From positions 288,001 through 352,000 of the forward strand of contig CBDCTZ010000015.1 of NCBI GenBank assembly GCA_965222375.1: a DNA stretch of 64,000 nt, read 5' to 3'. Below, piece after piece: positions 37,037 through 46,852 of the stretch (position 1 is the first letter of the stretch; each line of letters starts with the position of its first letter). Source of the stretch: Polyangiaceae bacterium (GTDB lineage Bacteria > Myxococcota_A > Polyangia > Polyangiales > Polyangiaceae). The position numbers and the translations under genes were made by a program. The notes below the pieces were generated by a model, which was not told the origin of the DNA, did not search any database, and saw only the letters and a list, made by a program, of their open reading frames with translations.

Positions 37037-38638
37037 ATGATGAATAAGCTCGCAGTCTTTGGTGGTTCCGTCGCACTCGTCATCGGCTTTCTCGCAGGCT
37101 GCGGCAGCTCGGATGACGCCGCCTCGGTCGCCGCACACGGCACCGGCGGCAACAACAACACCGCGGGCGGCGGGGCCAGCCTGGGAACAGGCGGATACTA
37201 CTCCGGGATGGGCGGCTCTGGCGCCTATGGATACGGTGGATCTGCGGGCAGCGGCTACGGAGCTGGCAGCAACAGCAATCGCCCCGGCGAGGGCGCGCCG
37301 GACGCGGGCCCGGATGCAGCAAGTGACAGCGGCGCCGACGCCTGCGCAGCGCTCGACAACACCAAGGACGCGGTCTTCTTCATCTCTGCAGACGACTCGA
37401 ACTCCATGGCGTCCCCGGCCATTGCGCGCAGCCTGCTCCAGAGGAACATCCAGGTTCCGGGCAATCTGATTCGAACCTACGAGTTCCTGAACTACTACAA
37501 CGTCGGCTACGCGCCGGCAGCAGGCGGCACCCTATCGATTGTGCCCGAGCTGAAGAAGGGTGATGCCGAAGGCAACTTCGACCTGACCATCGGCGTCGCT
37601 TCCCCGGCAGCCCCTGCGGCGCGCCGCCCCATGGTGCTCACGCTCGTCTTGGACACCTCCGGTTCCATGAACGGCAACCCCATTGCGATGGAGCGCGAGG
37701 TCGTCAAAGTGCTCGCCGGGGAGCTGCAGCAAGGCGACAAGGTCAGCATGGTCACCTGGAGCACTTCTCAGGCGATCGTGCTCGACTCCTACGTAGCCAA
37801 GGGCCCCAACGACCCCAAGCTGATCAGCATCGCCAACGGCCTCACCTCCGGAGGCGGAACGAACCTCTCGGCCGGCCTGGACAAGGGCTATGCCCTTGCC
37901 CAGAAGAACTTCGAGGCCACCAAGCTCAACCGCGTCATCGTGATTAGCGACGGTATGGCCAATGTCGGCGTCACGGATGAGAAGATCATCGGGCATGGCG
38001 CCGAGCTGAACGACGGTGACGGTATCTATCTAGTTGGCGTCGGAACCGGCGACGGATTCAACGACACGATGATGGACACAGTGACCGACGCAGGGCGCGG
38101 TGCCTACGTCTACGTCGACAACGCCGCCGAAGCGAAGCGGATGTTCGACACCCGCTTCGACGAAGTCATGGACGTGGCCGCCCGAGGCGTCCAGGTCGAG
38201 CTCCGCCTGCCCTGGTACATGGGCATCCAGAAATTCTACGGCGAAGAGTACTCGACCAATCCGAAGGAGATCGAACCTCAGCATCTGGCGCCGAGTGACG
38301 CCATGGTGTTCAGCCAGAACGTGGGCGCCTGCAACGCTTCGGAGTACTCCGCTGCCGACCCCGTCGAGGTCATCGCGCGCTGGCAGACACCCGTGTCTCA
38401 CCTGGACAAACAGGTCGCAGTGCAGTCGACCTTCGGGGACCTGCTCGCCAAGCAGACCAAGCACCACGACAAGGCAGCAGCCATCATCGCCTACGCCGAA
38501 GCCCTCAAGGATCCCACGACCGCCAAGGACGAGCTGAACGCTGCTCTGAAGCTAGTTGCGGCAGCCGACCCCGCCGGCACGGATCCCGAACTTTCCGAGA
38601 TCAAATCCCTGATTGAAAAGGCTCTCACCCTCTACTGA
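37037..38638 (+). CDS. vWA-domain (YfbK-like) lipoprotein
   Basis: LAG-C; EFLNYY; LDTSGSM MIDAS; GGGTN; RVIVISDGMANVG. Confidence 0.9.
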   Translation: MMNKLAVFGGSVALVIGFLAGCGSSDDAASVAAHGTGGNNNTAGGGASLGTGGYYSGMGGSGAYGYGGSAGSGYGAGSNSNRPGEGAPDAGPDAASDSGADACAALDNTKDAVFFISADDSNSMASPAIARSLLQRNIQVPGNLIRTYEFLNYYNVGYAPAAGGTLSIVPELKKGDAEGNFDLTIGVASPAAPAARRPMVLTLVLDTSGSMNGNPIAMEREVVKVLAGELQQGDKVSMVTWSTSQAIVLDSYVAKGPNDPKLISIANGLTSGGGTNLSAGLDKGYALAQKNFEATKLNRVIVISDGMANVGVTDEKIIGHGAELNDGDGIYLVGVGTGDGFNDTMMDTVTDAGRGAYVYVDNAAEAKRMFDTRFDEVMDVAARGVQVELRLPWYMGIQKFYGEEYSTNPKEIEPQHLAPSDAMVFSQNVGACNASEYSAADPVEVIARWQTPVSHLDKQVAVQSTFGDLLAKQTKHHDKAAAIIAYAEALKDPTTAKDELNAALKLVAAADPAGTDPELSEIKSLIEKALTLY

Positions 38639-38741
38639 GCCCCGCCCGCGAACAAGGCTGCCGCGCAGCTTTCGATCGCTATCCGTTGGTGTTAGGCATC
38701 TGCGCGTGAAGCTAAATCGTGGGGCTCGGCTGCGGGTGACC

Positions 38742-39770
38742 ATGCTCAAGAGCATGCTGCATGCCATCGTCACCAGCTCGACCACCCGGGGCTGGCTTGC
38801 CAAGCACCGCGGAGCACTGGCCGCCCAGATCGAGCCGGAGCTTGCTGCGATCCTGCGCATGGATGACCTCACCGGCGACTCGGTATTGAACGGCTGCTCT
38901 CCGGAAGAAGCTCGACGCAAGATCGCGATCAGCATCGCCGTCTGTGATCAGCCGCGACCCAAAGACGTCAGCGTGACCGATCTGAACCTGGACGGCCCCG
39001 CCGGGGCTATCCCGGCGCGGCAATATCAGGCCGCGGGTGTGCCCAAGGGCGCTCCCGGAGTCGTCTTCTTTCACGGCGGCGGTTTCGTGACGGGGGATCT
39101 CGACACTCACGACGGCTGGTGCGGGCGCATCGCCGAGCTGGCGCGGGTCCACGTCATTGCGGTGGACTACCGCCTGGCACCCGAGCACCCCTTCCCGGCT
39201 GGAGTCGAGGACGCGGTCGCGGCCTTCCGCGCCGTCGCAAAGCTCGCAGACCAACTCGGCGTGGATCCGGAACGCTTGGCCGTGATGGGGGACAGCGCAG
39301 GCGGCAATCTATCCGCCGTCGTTGCTCGCAAGACCCGACAGGACGCCGTCCCACCGGCGCTGCAGGTCTTGGTCTACCCCGGCACGGACCTCACCTCGTC
39401 CCACCCGTCCCACCGCGCCTTGGGGGTCGGGTGGTTCTTGACCAGCAAGATGATCGATTGGTTCTATGAGCACTACTCCGGCAGTAGCGCGACCGTCGCC
39501 AAGAATCCGGATGCCTCGCCGCTCTTCGCCAAGGACCTCGACGGGCTGTGCCCCGCCCTGGTCTACGTCGCGGGCCTCGACCCCTTGCGTGACGAAGGTC
39601 TGGCCTATGCGAACCGATTGGCCGAAGCTGGCGTCGAGGTCACCCGCTGGGACTTCAAACATCTGATCCACGGCTTCGCGGTCATGACCGCAGCAAGCCC
39701 CGGATCCGCTGAAGCGGTAGTGAAAATTGCCCGGGACCTCGGAACTGCCCTGAAAACCCTCGAAAACTGA
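38742..39770 (+). CDS. Hormone-sensitive-lipase family esterase
   Basis: HGGGF, YRLAPEHPFP, GDSAGGNL, DPLRDEG, HGF. Confidence 0.93.
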   Translation: MLKSMLHAIVTSSTTRGWLAKHRGALAAQIEPELAAILRMDDLTGDSVLNGCSPEEARRKIAISIAVCDQPRPKDVSVTDLNLDGPAGAIPARQYQAAGVPKGAPGVVFFHGGGFVTGDLDTHDGWCGRIAELARVHVIAVDYRLAPEHPFPAGVEDAVAAFRAVAKLADQLGVDPERLAVMGDSAGGNLSAVVARKTRQDAVPPALQVLVYPGTDLTSSHPSHRALGVGWFLTSKMIDWFYEHYSGSSATVAKNPDASPLFAKDLDGLCPALVYVAGLDPLRDEGLAYANRLAEAGVEVTRWDFKHLIHGFAVMTAASPGSAEAVVKIARDLGTALKTLEN

Positions 39771-39829
39771 GCCCGGGGAGGCTGGAAGGGTTGCCTTGTG
39801 GCCCGGAGCGAGTCAGGATGCGCGCCGCC

Positions 39830-40093
39830 ATGGGGCTGCTCCCTCTCGTCATCGCCTTCTTCGTCGCAAGCGCTGTCTGCTTGTTGGTCGTCGTATGGCA
39901 GATGGCGCGTCATGAAGACTTCGGCAAAGCGATCTTGGGCCTCATCACCGTGGCCTACGCCTTCCTCTGGGGTTGGCAGAACGCAGAGCGCGTCCGCTTC
40001 AAGACGTACAGCTTGGGCGCAATCATGACTCTGTGGAGTTGGTGTATGGGCACAGCCTTCGCGCTCTACGCCATCATGGGGGACAAGCTCTAA
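39830..40093 (+). CDS. Small 3-TM membrane protein
   Basis: Three hydrophobic helices; YAFLWGW motif. Confidence 0.65.
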   Translation: MGLLPLVIAFFVASAVCLLVVVWQMARHEDFGKAILGLITVAYAFLWGWQNAERVRFKTYSLGAIMTLWSWCMGTAFALYAIMGDKL

Positions 40094-40176
40094 TCCGCGC
40101 CGACCCAGGCGACGCCGGCCCACCGCCGGCCGCATTGCCACTTATTAACTCTCACCCAAACCCAAGGTGGTTTTCG

Positions 40177-40992
40177 ATGTCACTTGTACGCTTTGCCGCA
40201 GTCTCCTTTGTCGTAGCCCTCGCCGTGCCTCTCGCTGGCGGCTGCTCCGCTTCTTCTGACGATGATGGCGTCGGTGGCACCGGCGCCGGAAGCAGCACCG
40301 GCGGAAGCAGCAGCGGCGGCTTTGGTGGCTTCGGAACCGGCGGCACCAACACCGGCGGCTTCGGCGCAACAGGCACCGGCGGCAGCACGGGTGGCGGCAC
40401 GAGCACAGGTGGAGCCGCCGGCTCGGCGGGTTCTGGCACGGGCGGGTCCGGCGCGGAGACCGGAGAAGACGGCGGCGCCACCGGCGGCAGCTCCGGCACC
40501 GGCGCTACGTCGGGCACGGGCGGTACCGCCACAGGCGGAACCGGCGCTGGCGGAACCGGCGGTGGCTCGAGCGGCAGCGGTGGCAGTGGCACCGGTGGCT
40601 TCGGCGGCGGCACCAAGGGCTGCGCCGGCGAGAAGGTCGCGGGCTGGACCATCGGCGGCACCTGCTACTACATGGCCGACAAAGCTGGGCAGCCGCACGC
40701 CGCAGCGAAAGCAAAGTGCACGGCGATTGGTACGGGTTGGGACCTGTGCACCTCTGCGCAGCTCTGCGACGACGCGGTCTTCACCTACCTCGGCACCGCG
40801 GGTTGCGACTGCAACGGTGGCGCCGCGGCCTGCGCCTGCGGCACGTCCAAGAACCTGTACATCCAGGTCAAAGACAACCCCTCCGCGCCGTACTACATCC
40901 GCACGAAGAACACGCCGAACTGCGACTGGTCCGGTGACGCCTGCACGGATTCCGTCTCGGAGACCTGCGGCGCCGCCCTCTGTTGCAAGTAA
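40177..40992 (+). CDS. Lipoprotein with Gly linker and C-type-lectin-like Cys domain
   Basis: AGG-C; GW..GGTCYY...AKAKC....WDLCT; ends ALCCK. Confidence 0.75.
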   Translation: MSLVRFAAVSFVVALAVPLAGGCSASSDDDGVGGTGAGSSTGGSSSGGFGGFGTGGTNTGGFGATGTGGSTGGGTSTGGAAGSAGSGTGGSGAETGEDGGATGGSSGTGATSGTGGTATGGTGAGGTGGGSSGSGGSGTGGFGGGTKGCAGEKVAGWTIGGTCYYMADKAGQPHAAAKAKCTAIGTGWDLCTSAQLCDDAVFTYLGTAGCDCNGGAAACACGTSKNLYIQVKDNPSAPYYIRTKNTPNCDWSGDACTDSVSETCGAALCCK

Positions 40993-41008
40993 GCCTGCGT
41001 GGCGAAGC

Positions 41009-41049
41009 GAGGCCTCAGCGCTTGGCGGCGCTGGGGCCTCAGTCTTTTT
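41009..41049 (+). terminator. Rho-independent terminator
   Basis: GAGGCCTCAGCGC-loop-GCGCTGGGGCCTC stem followed by AGTCTTTTT, just after the stop at 40992. Confidence 0.7.
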
Positions 41050-41063
41050 GTAAACGCCGCCTA

Positions 41064-41117
41064 TGGAGGTTGGGGTTGGGGTCGGTTCACTGTTCGCCTT
41101 GGGCCACTACTCCCGCG
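41064..41117 (+). repeat. Dispersed bipartite motif, copy E
   Basis: TGGAGGTTGGGGTTGGGGTCG-N22-CTACTCCCGCG. Confidence 0.7.
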
Positions 41118-41210
41118 GTGGGCCGCGGTGAGCAAGCTCGAGCCGCACGGTGACTCGTGGCCGGGCGGCGCGCACTTTCGCTCAAAACGCGCAACCCGTA
41201 GCCCGTTTGG

Positions 41211-41251
41211 TCCGACACAGTGCCCACCCCATGGGGGTGGGCGCAATTTGG
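41211..41251. repeat. Palindromic REP-like repeat, copy 1
   Basis: TCCGACACAGTGCCCACCCCATGGGGGTGGGCGCAATTTGG. Confidence 0.8.
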
Positions 41252-41365
41252 AAAATGCGCCTCCGCGTACTGCCGGTCGCGTCCAGGCTACCGAGAGGCA
41301 GGTGCCCCGTCATTCGCGCAAGCTCTGTAATCGCGCCGGCAGCGCGGGCACGCTAGTTTCAAGCC

Positions 41366-42613
41366 ATGCCTCGCTTGGGTCGACGATTGGGTCCCGTGGT
41401 GCTTTTCGCGGTTCTTTTGGCAGGCTGCTCGTCCTCCGATGACGAAGCCGCGGGCACGGGGGGCGGGAGCGGTAGTGGCGCCGCGGGAGGGGCGGCCGGC
41501 GTAAGTGGCGCGGGCGGAAGCGGCAACGCGGCCGGCACCGCAGGCGCGGGTGGCGGAGCTGCAGGTTCGAGCTCTGGTGGAAGCGCCGGCAGCGCGGGTG
41601 CCGGTGGCTGGAGCGGCGGCAGCCCCGGCACCGTGATCGTGGATGACCCAACGGCGGCTCGCACCTGGCCAGCTGGCCACGGTGAGGCGCTGATTTCCCT
41701 CTGGCACGACGATGCCCTCGCTGCGCTGACGATCACCATCGACGACAACACAGCCCCAGACCACGACTGGTGGCTGAGCCAGGCGCAGACCTATGGCTTG
41801 AAGCTGACCTGGTTCGTGATCACAGAGAGAGTGCCCAGTAGCTACGGTGGCACATGGCCAGGGTACGCCAGCATGATCGCAGCGGGTCACGATGTTCAGT
41901 CCCACACGGTGTCACACCCGCACGGCGCCTACACCCTCGACGACGAATACAAGCTCTCGCAACAAGCCATCGAGTCGAACCTGCCCGGGGTGAAAGCGAT
42001 TACCCTGGCATACCCAGGCGTCTCTCAGCCGATTGCCAACGATCCGAAAGTTGCCGCCAAGTACTACGTGGGCGCGCGTGGCACCACTGGACACGACAAC
42101 AAGATCGGCTCAACAGACTACATGGTGGTCAATTCCATCAGCGGACAGATCATCTTGGAGACGGATCACTGGGCCGGCCTACCCAATACGGTGATCAAGA
42201 ACCCGAAGCAGGCCAAGTCGTATCGCGCGTGGCACTGCATCCACTACCATCTGCTGAAAGACAAGTCCTCAACCGTGACAGGCCTGAAGTGGATTGCTGC
42301 GCACTCGAACGACCTTTGGGTTGGCCTGTTCCGCGAGGCTGTTCTCTACGGACAAGAGCGCGAAACCGCCACCCTGACGGTGCCTCATGTTTCCGCCGAC
42401 AAGGTCGTGGTCGAAGTGACGGACTCCCTCGATGACCAGCAGTTCGACTTCCCGCTGACGGTGAAAGTGGGCCTGGACCCAGGGTGGAGCGCCATAGCGG
42501 CAACCCAAAATGGCAAAGCCGTCGCCGCCAAGGTCGTACAACATGCGGGAAAGCCCTACGCCCTTGTCAGCGCGGTTCCCGATCGAGGCCCTGTCATCGT
42601 GACCCGCAAGTAG
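41366..42613 (+). CDS. Polysaccharide deacetylase (NodB-like) lipoprotein
   Basis: LAG-C; TITIDD, TWFV, GHDVQSHTVSH, LAYP. Confidence 0.85.
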   Translation: MPRLGRRLGPVVLFAVLLAGCSSSDDEAAGTGGGSGSGAAGGAAGVSGAGGSGNAAGTAGAGGGAAGSSSGGSAGSAGAGGWSGGSPGTVIVDDPTAARTWPAGHGEALISLWHDDALAALTITIDDNTAPDHDWWLSQAQTYGLKLTWFVITERVPSSYGGTWPGYASMIAAGHDVQSHTVSHPHGAYTLDDEYKLSQQAIESNLPGVKAITLAYPGVSQPIANDPKVAAKYYVGARGTTGHDNKIGSTDYMVVNSISGQIILETDHWAGLPNTVIKNPKQAKSYRAWHCIHYHLLKDKSSTVTGLKWIAAHSNDLWVGLFREAVLYGQERETATLTVPHVSADKVVVEVTDSLDDQQFDFPLTVKVGLDPGWSAIAATQNGKAVAAKVVQHAGKPYALVSAVPDRGPVIVTRK

Positions 42614-42694
42614 TGGTTCGCCCGAGGGGTGACGCCGCAGCTAGCGCCACCCGCACGATTTGGCGCGAACCCATGCAACTTAAGTGCACTCGCT

Positions 42695-42734
42695 TCCGAC
42701 ACTGTGCCCACCCGCGGGGGTGGGCACAAATTGG
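42695..42734. repeat. Palindromic REP-like repeat, copy 2
   Basis: TCCGACACTGTGCCCACCCGCGGGGGTGGGCACAAATTGG; perfect 10-bp stem. Confidence 0.8.
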
Positions 42735-42772
42735 CGCGATGCCGGCGGGGCGCTTTGCAGTAATCTGTCGAC

Positions 42773-43315
42773 ATGTCGAACTACCGCAGCGATGGCGCGG
42801 CGGCGCGTGAACGCGCTCGGGTCCTCGAAGAGGAGCTCGACACGGCGAAAAGTGCCCTGGCCAAGCGCGAGGCGGAGCTCGACGCGCAAGAAGACGAGCT
42901 CGACGAGCTCAAAGCGAGAATCAGCGAGTTGGAAGCGAGCCGAAGGACCGCCGCGGATGTGTCCCGAAGCGACAGCCGTTCGGGTAGCAAGGTGGGTCAG
43001 CGCAAAAACCGCTTGGTCGCCGTTGCGGGCACCATAGTGCTCACCGCTTTCGGCGTCGGGGCCTACTTCGTGCAAGCCGAGCCGAGCCCAGGCCAAGCCA
43101 GGATCTACGTGGGCAACCGCGACATCGACAAGGCCACCTTCATCGTCGAAGGCGACAATGCAAAGCCTCAACGCTGCACGGCCAAGGTCTGCGATTTCTC
43201 CCTATCGCCGGGCCGCTATCGCGTGCGCGCCGAATCGGGCCCCTACCGCGGCTCGACGGAGATCGTCGTTCGCAGCTCGCATTCCCTGGCAAAGCCCATC
43301 ATGCTGACGAAGTAG
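42773..43315 (+). CDS. Coiled-coil / TM / PEGA-like protein
   Basis: N-terminal heptads, one TM, LSPGRYRVRAE. Confidence 0.75.
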   Translation: MSNYRSDGAAARERARVLEEELDTAKSALAKREAELDAQEDELDELKARISELEASRRTAADVSRSDSRSGSKVGQRKNRLVAVAGTIVLTAFGVGAYFVQAEPSPGQARIYVGNRDIDKATFIVEGDNAKPQRCTAKVCDFSLSPGRYRVRAESGPYRGSTEIVVRSSHSLAKPIMLTK

Positions 43316-43318
43316 AGC

Positions 43319-43966
43319 TCAATCTGCGGCGCGCCCCCGCTCGATTTGCTGTAGCAGCGCGTCGGCAAGCCAGTGCACGTGCTGGCGTCGCTCACGTCGC
43401 GCGGCAGCACCGAGGGGGTCGCCCTTCCACATCAGCCCGAGGGCACCAGCGTAGAGCGCGTAGGTGTTGACAATGCCCGAGAAGCTGATGAAGAAGTGCT
43501 TCGCAGACAGCGGGCCGTCACAGGGCACCGTGTCACCGAGGATGTCCTCGACCAGCTGAGACAGCTTACGCAATCCTTCACGAATGAGTGGAAGCGCTGG
43601 ACCCGTGGCGGCGACTTCGATGTGTACGAGGCGCACGTATTGGTCGTGATCCTCCATGAAGTCCATGTAGGCGTCGAGCAGCGCGTGCATGCGCTCGGCG
43701 ACGCTCCCCTGCCCCAACCGCGCGTTGCGCAGCGCTTGGGCGTGCGCTTCGTAGTAGCGGTCCAGCACGTGCTCGAAGAGCTTCTCTTTGTTGCCGAAGT
43801 GGTAGAAGACGGACGCCTTCTTGACTTGAGCCAGCTCCGCGACATCCCGCATGCTGACCGCGTCGAAGCCCCGGGCGGAGAACAACTCGTCCGCCGCAGC
43901 CGCGATCCGCGCTTCCGCGGAATCCGGCGCCTCTGCGGAGGAACTGACCGTACGGTCAGGCACCAT
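43319..43966 (-). CDS. TetR/AcrR family regulator
   Basis: AADELFSARGFDAVSMRDVAELAQVKKASVFYHFGNKEKLF HTH. Confidence 0.95.
   Translation of the reverse strand: MVPDRTVSSSAEAPDSAEARIAAAADELFSARGFDAVSMRDVAELAQVKKASVFYHFGNKEKLFEHVLDRYYEAHAQALRNARLGQGSVAERMHALLDAYMDFMEDHDQYVRLVHIEVAATGPALPLIREGLRKLSQLVEDILGDTVPCDGPLSAKHFFISFSGIVNTYALYAGALGLMWKGDPLGAAARRERRQHVHWLADALLQQIERGRAAD
43944..43959. promoter_or_regulatory. Putative TetR operator O2 (inside the tetR 5' end)
   Basis: Perfect palindrome CTGACCGTACGGTCAG. Confidence 0.75.
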
Positions 43967-44031
43967 TTGCGGCCTTTCGTGAAGTCATTAATTTCGGCTT
44001 GCTCAGCGAAGAATCATAGCGTAGATCCGAT

Positions 44032-44047
44032 TTGACCGATCGGTCAA
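44032..44047. promoter_or_regulatory. Putative TetR operator O1
   Basis: Perfect palindrome TTGACCGATCGGTCAA, 31 nt before the ThDP-enzyme start. Confidence 0.8.
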
Positions 44048-44078
44048 GATTTTCGAAACCCAACAGGGAGCGGCAAAA

Positions 44079-45830
44079 ATGCAGCAAGTAGTCGGTGGCG
44101 AGGTGGTGGCAGCCATGCTGGCCAAGGAAGGCGTCACGAAGGTTTTTGGCATCGTCGACGGGACCTACATGGGCCTGTACGCGAGCTTCTCGAAGTACGG
44201 CATCGAGTTGGTGTCGCCTCGGCACGAGACGAGTGCGGCGCATATGGCCGGCGCCTATGCGCGACTGACCGGCAAGCTGGGCGTTTGCATCGCCAGCAAC
44301 GGCCCCGGGGTCGCCAACATGCTCTCCGGCATCGCGGTCGAAAACGGTGAAGGCAACCGAGTGCTCTGCATCACGAGCTGCCGTCGACAAGGCATCGCGT
44401 ACCCGGATCGAGGTGGCACATTCCAGTACTTCGACCAGGTCGCGGTCACCCGCCCCATGACCAAGTGGAGCGGCGCAGTGCCGGAGTTCGACCGGATCCC
44501 CGAAATGATGCGGCGCGCCCTCCGAGTTTCTCACAAAGGCCGCCCGGGCGTCGTGCACGTGGACATTCCCGAGAACGTGCTCAATGGCAAGTTCGAGATC
44601 GCCGACGACTACCTGAGGGAGCCCAACGAGTATCGTCGCAGTTCGAAACTCGCTCCCAACGCAGAAGACGTGAAGAAGGTTGCGGAACTGTTGACCCGCT
44701 CAGAGCGACCCCTGATTCACGTCGGCAGTGGCGTGGTTCACGCCCAAGCCTTCCAGGAGCTGCTCGAGGTCGCCGAGCAATGCCACGTCAACGTGAGCAC
44801 GAGCTGGGGCGCCCGCGGCGCGTTGCCCGAAACCCACGAGCTGTCCCTGCCCACCAGTGCGCTCAGCGCCTTGGATGAAGCGCGCAGGTCCTCGGACTTG
44901 GTGCTCGTGATTGGCTCACGCCTCGGCGAGACCGACTTCTGGGGCAAGGCGCCGTATTGGGGCCGCCCCGGCGAGCAGCGCCTGATTCAGGTGGATAGCG
45001 ACGAAGATATCCTGGGCCTCAACCGCAAGACCGAGCTCGCGATCCTGGCCGACGCCAAGGAGTTCCTGTCTGCGTTGGCCGTCGAGCTGAAGAAGGCCCC
45101 CCTCAGCAGCTCCATAAAGAAGGCGCGAGAGCAGCGCGTCACCAAGCTGACGGAACTCAAGGTCGCCGCGCGGCAAGAGCTGGACGGTGCTTTGGCCAAC
45201 GACTCGGCCCCCATGCACTCCGCCCACGTTCCGACAGCGGTGCGCAAGTTGATGGGCGACGCCGACGTACTCGTCGTGGACGGTGGCAACACGGCAGTGT
45301 GGACGCAGTTCTACTTCGACATACGCGAACCCGGCACGCTCTTGGCTACATTCAAGTTGGGCATGCTGGGCGCGGGTGTGGGCCAGGCCCTGGGCGCGCA
45401 AGTCGCGCATCCCGATCGCAAGGTGGTGTGCGTTCTCGGCGATGGAGCCATGGGTTTCCACATGCAAGAAGTCGAGACCGCTGTGCGCAACAAGCTGCCC
45501 ATCACTTTCGTCGTTCTGTGCGACAAGCAGTGGGGCATGGTGAAGCTCACCCAGCAGTTCGCCATGAGCGACGTGCGTTCGGTGATCGGCAGCAAAGACG
45601 AAGGCACCATCAACGCCGACTTTGGCGAGACCCACTTCGACAAGTTGGCAGTCGCCATGGGAGCCAAGGGCGCTCGGGTTTCCTCGCCCAAGGAGCTGGA
45701 GGCCACCCTGCGTGAGGCCATCGAGTCGCCGGAGCCGGCGGTGGTCCACGTGGACGTGGACCCGATGCTGCATCTGTGGGCACCGGGGCTGCAGACTTTC
45801 AAGGAGATGCACCAGGAGCCGGCGGGGTGA
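44079..45830 (+). CDS. Thiamine-diphosphate enzyme (acetolactate-synthase-like; benzaldehyde-lyase/hydroxyacyl-CoA-lyase-like branch)
   Basis: RHETSAAHMA, GPGVAN, GMLGAG, GDGAMGF...DKQWG; no ilvH/ilvC nearby. Confidence 0.85.
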   Translation: MQQVVGGEVVAAMLAKEGVTKVFGIVDGTYMGLYASFSKYGIELVSPRHETSAAHMAGAYARLTGKLGVCIASNGPGVANMLSGIAVENGEGNRVLCITSCRRQGIAYPDRGGTFQYFDQVAVTRPMTKWSGAVPEFDRIPEMMRRALRVSHKGRPGVVHVDIPENVLNGKFEIADDYLREPNEYRRSSKLAPNAEDVKKVAELLTRSERPLIHVGSGVVHAQAFQELLEVAEQCHVNVSTSWGARGALPETHELSLPTSALSALDEARRSSDLVLVIGSRLGETDFWGKAPYWGRPGEQRLIQVDSDEDILGLNRKTELAILADAKEFLSALAVELKKAPLSSSIKKAREQRVTKLTELKVAARQELDGALANDSAPMHSAHVPTAVRKLMGDADVLVVDGGNTAVWTQFYFDIREPGTLLATFKLGMLGAGVGQALGAQVAHPDRKVVCVLGDGAMGFHMQEVETAVRNKLPITFVVLCDKQWGMVKLTQQFAMSDVRSVIGSKDEGTINADFGETHFDKLAVAMGAKGARVSSPKELEATLREAIESPEPAVVHVDVDPMLHLWAPGLQTFKEMHQEPAG

Positions 45831-46852
45831 GCGAAAACACATACCGCGTGCTCGTCACGGGGGCGGCCGGCTATGTCGGTCGCCTCCTGGTCGCAGCCTT
45901 GGCTGCGCGGGACGAGGTCGAGCATGTCGTCGCCTTGGACGTGTGCGACGTGGAGGACACGCCTTGGAGCGCCTCAGCGTTGGGGGCCTCCGCGAGCGCT
46001 GCTGACAAAGAGGTGGAGGAGCAGCAGCACGAGGCGGATGTGACCTACGTGAACCTGAGTGTGTGCGACTCAGGAGTCGCCGACGTCATTCGCAACTCCA
46101 TCAACTGCGTCGTACACATGGCGTCCGTGGTGCGCCCGCCCAAACACGGCGGGGACGATTTGGCCTACCGCGTCGACGTCGAAGGCACGAAGAACGTGCT
46201 CGACGCTTGTGTGGCTCATGGCGTGAAGAAGCTGATCGTCACCAGCAGTGGCGCGGCCTACGGCTACCACGCGGACAACCCAGACTGGCTGAGTGAAGAC
46301 GACCCGGTGCGGGGCAACGCAGAGTTCGCCTACTCGCACCACAAGCGGCTGATCGAAGAGATGCTCTCGCAGGCACGCAAGGAACACCCTCAGCTCGAGC
46401 AACTCATCTTTCGCCCCGGCACCGTGCTAGGTGAGACCGTACACAGCCCTGTCACGGATCTCTTCGAGCGACCCGTAATGCTCGGTGTGCGGGGCTACCC
46501 GTCGCCTTTCGTGTTCATCTCGGACGAAGACGTCGTTGAATGCCTCGTACGCGGAGTCACGGGGCCTCAGACAGGCGTGTTCAACTTGGCTGGGGACGGT
46601 GCGATGACACCGAAAGAGATCGCAAAGGCGCTAGGCAAGCCCTTTGTGCCCGTACCGGCTTCGGTGTTGCGCACCGCACTGTCGGTGCTCAAGAAGTTGG
46701 GCAAGTCGCCCTACGGTCCGGAGCAGCTCAAGTTCTTGCAGTATCGGCCCGTGCTTTCCAACCGGCGGTTGAAGTCGGAGTTTGGCTACGAGCCACGTTT
46801 TACTTCCCGGGAGGCCTTCGAACGCTACGCTCAGGCGCAGAAACATGACTGA
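45827..46852 (+). CDS. NAD-dependent epimerase/dehydratase (extended SDR)
   Basis: TGAAGYVG, SSGAAYG, YSHHK; GTGA overlap. Confidence 0.88.
   Translation: MSENTYRVLVTGAAGYVGRLLVAALAARDEVEHVVALDVCDVEDTPWSASALGASASAADKEVEEQQHEADVTYVNLSVCDSGVADVIRNSINCVVHMASVVRPPKHGGDDLAYRVDVEGTKNVLDACVAHGVKKLIVTSSGAAYGYHADNPDWLSEDDPVRGNAEFAYSHHKRLIEEMLSQARKEHPQLEQLIFRPGTVLGETVHSPVTDLFERPVMLGVRGYPSPFVFISDEDVVECLVRGVTGPQTGVFNLAGDGAMTPKEIAKALGKPFVPVPASVLRTALSVLKKLGKSPYGPEQLKFLQYRPVLSNRRLKSEFGYEPRFTSREAFERYAQAQKHD

Noticed and set aside
44079..45830. ilvB/ilvI anabolic acetolactate synthase
   Set aside because: No small subunit or ilvC; TetR/SDR context and divergent motifs suggest a catabolic enzyme
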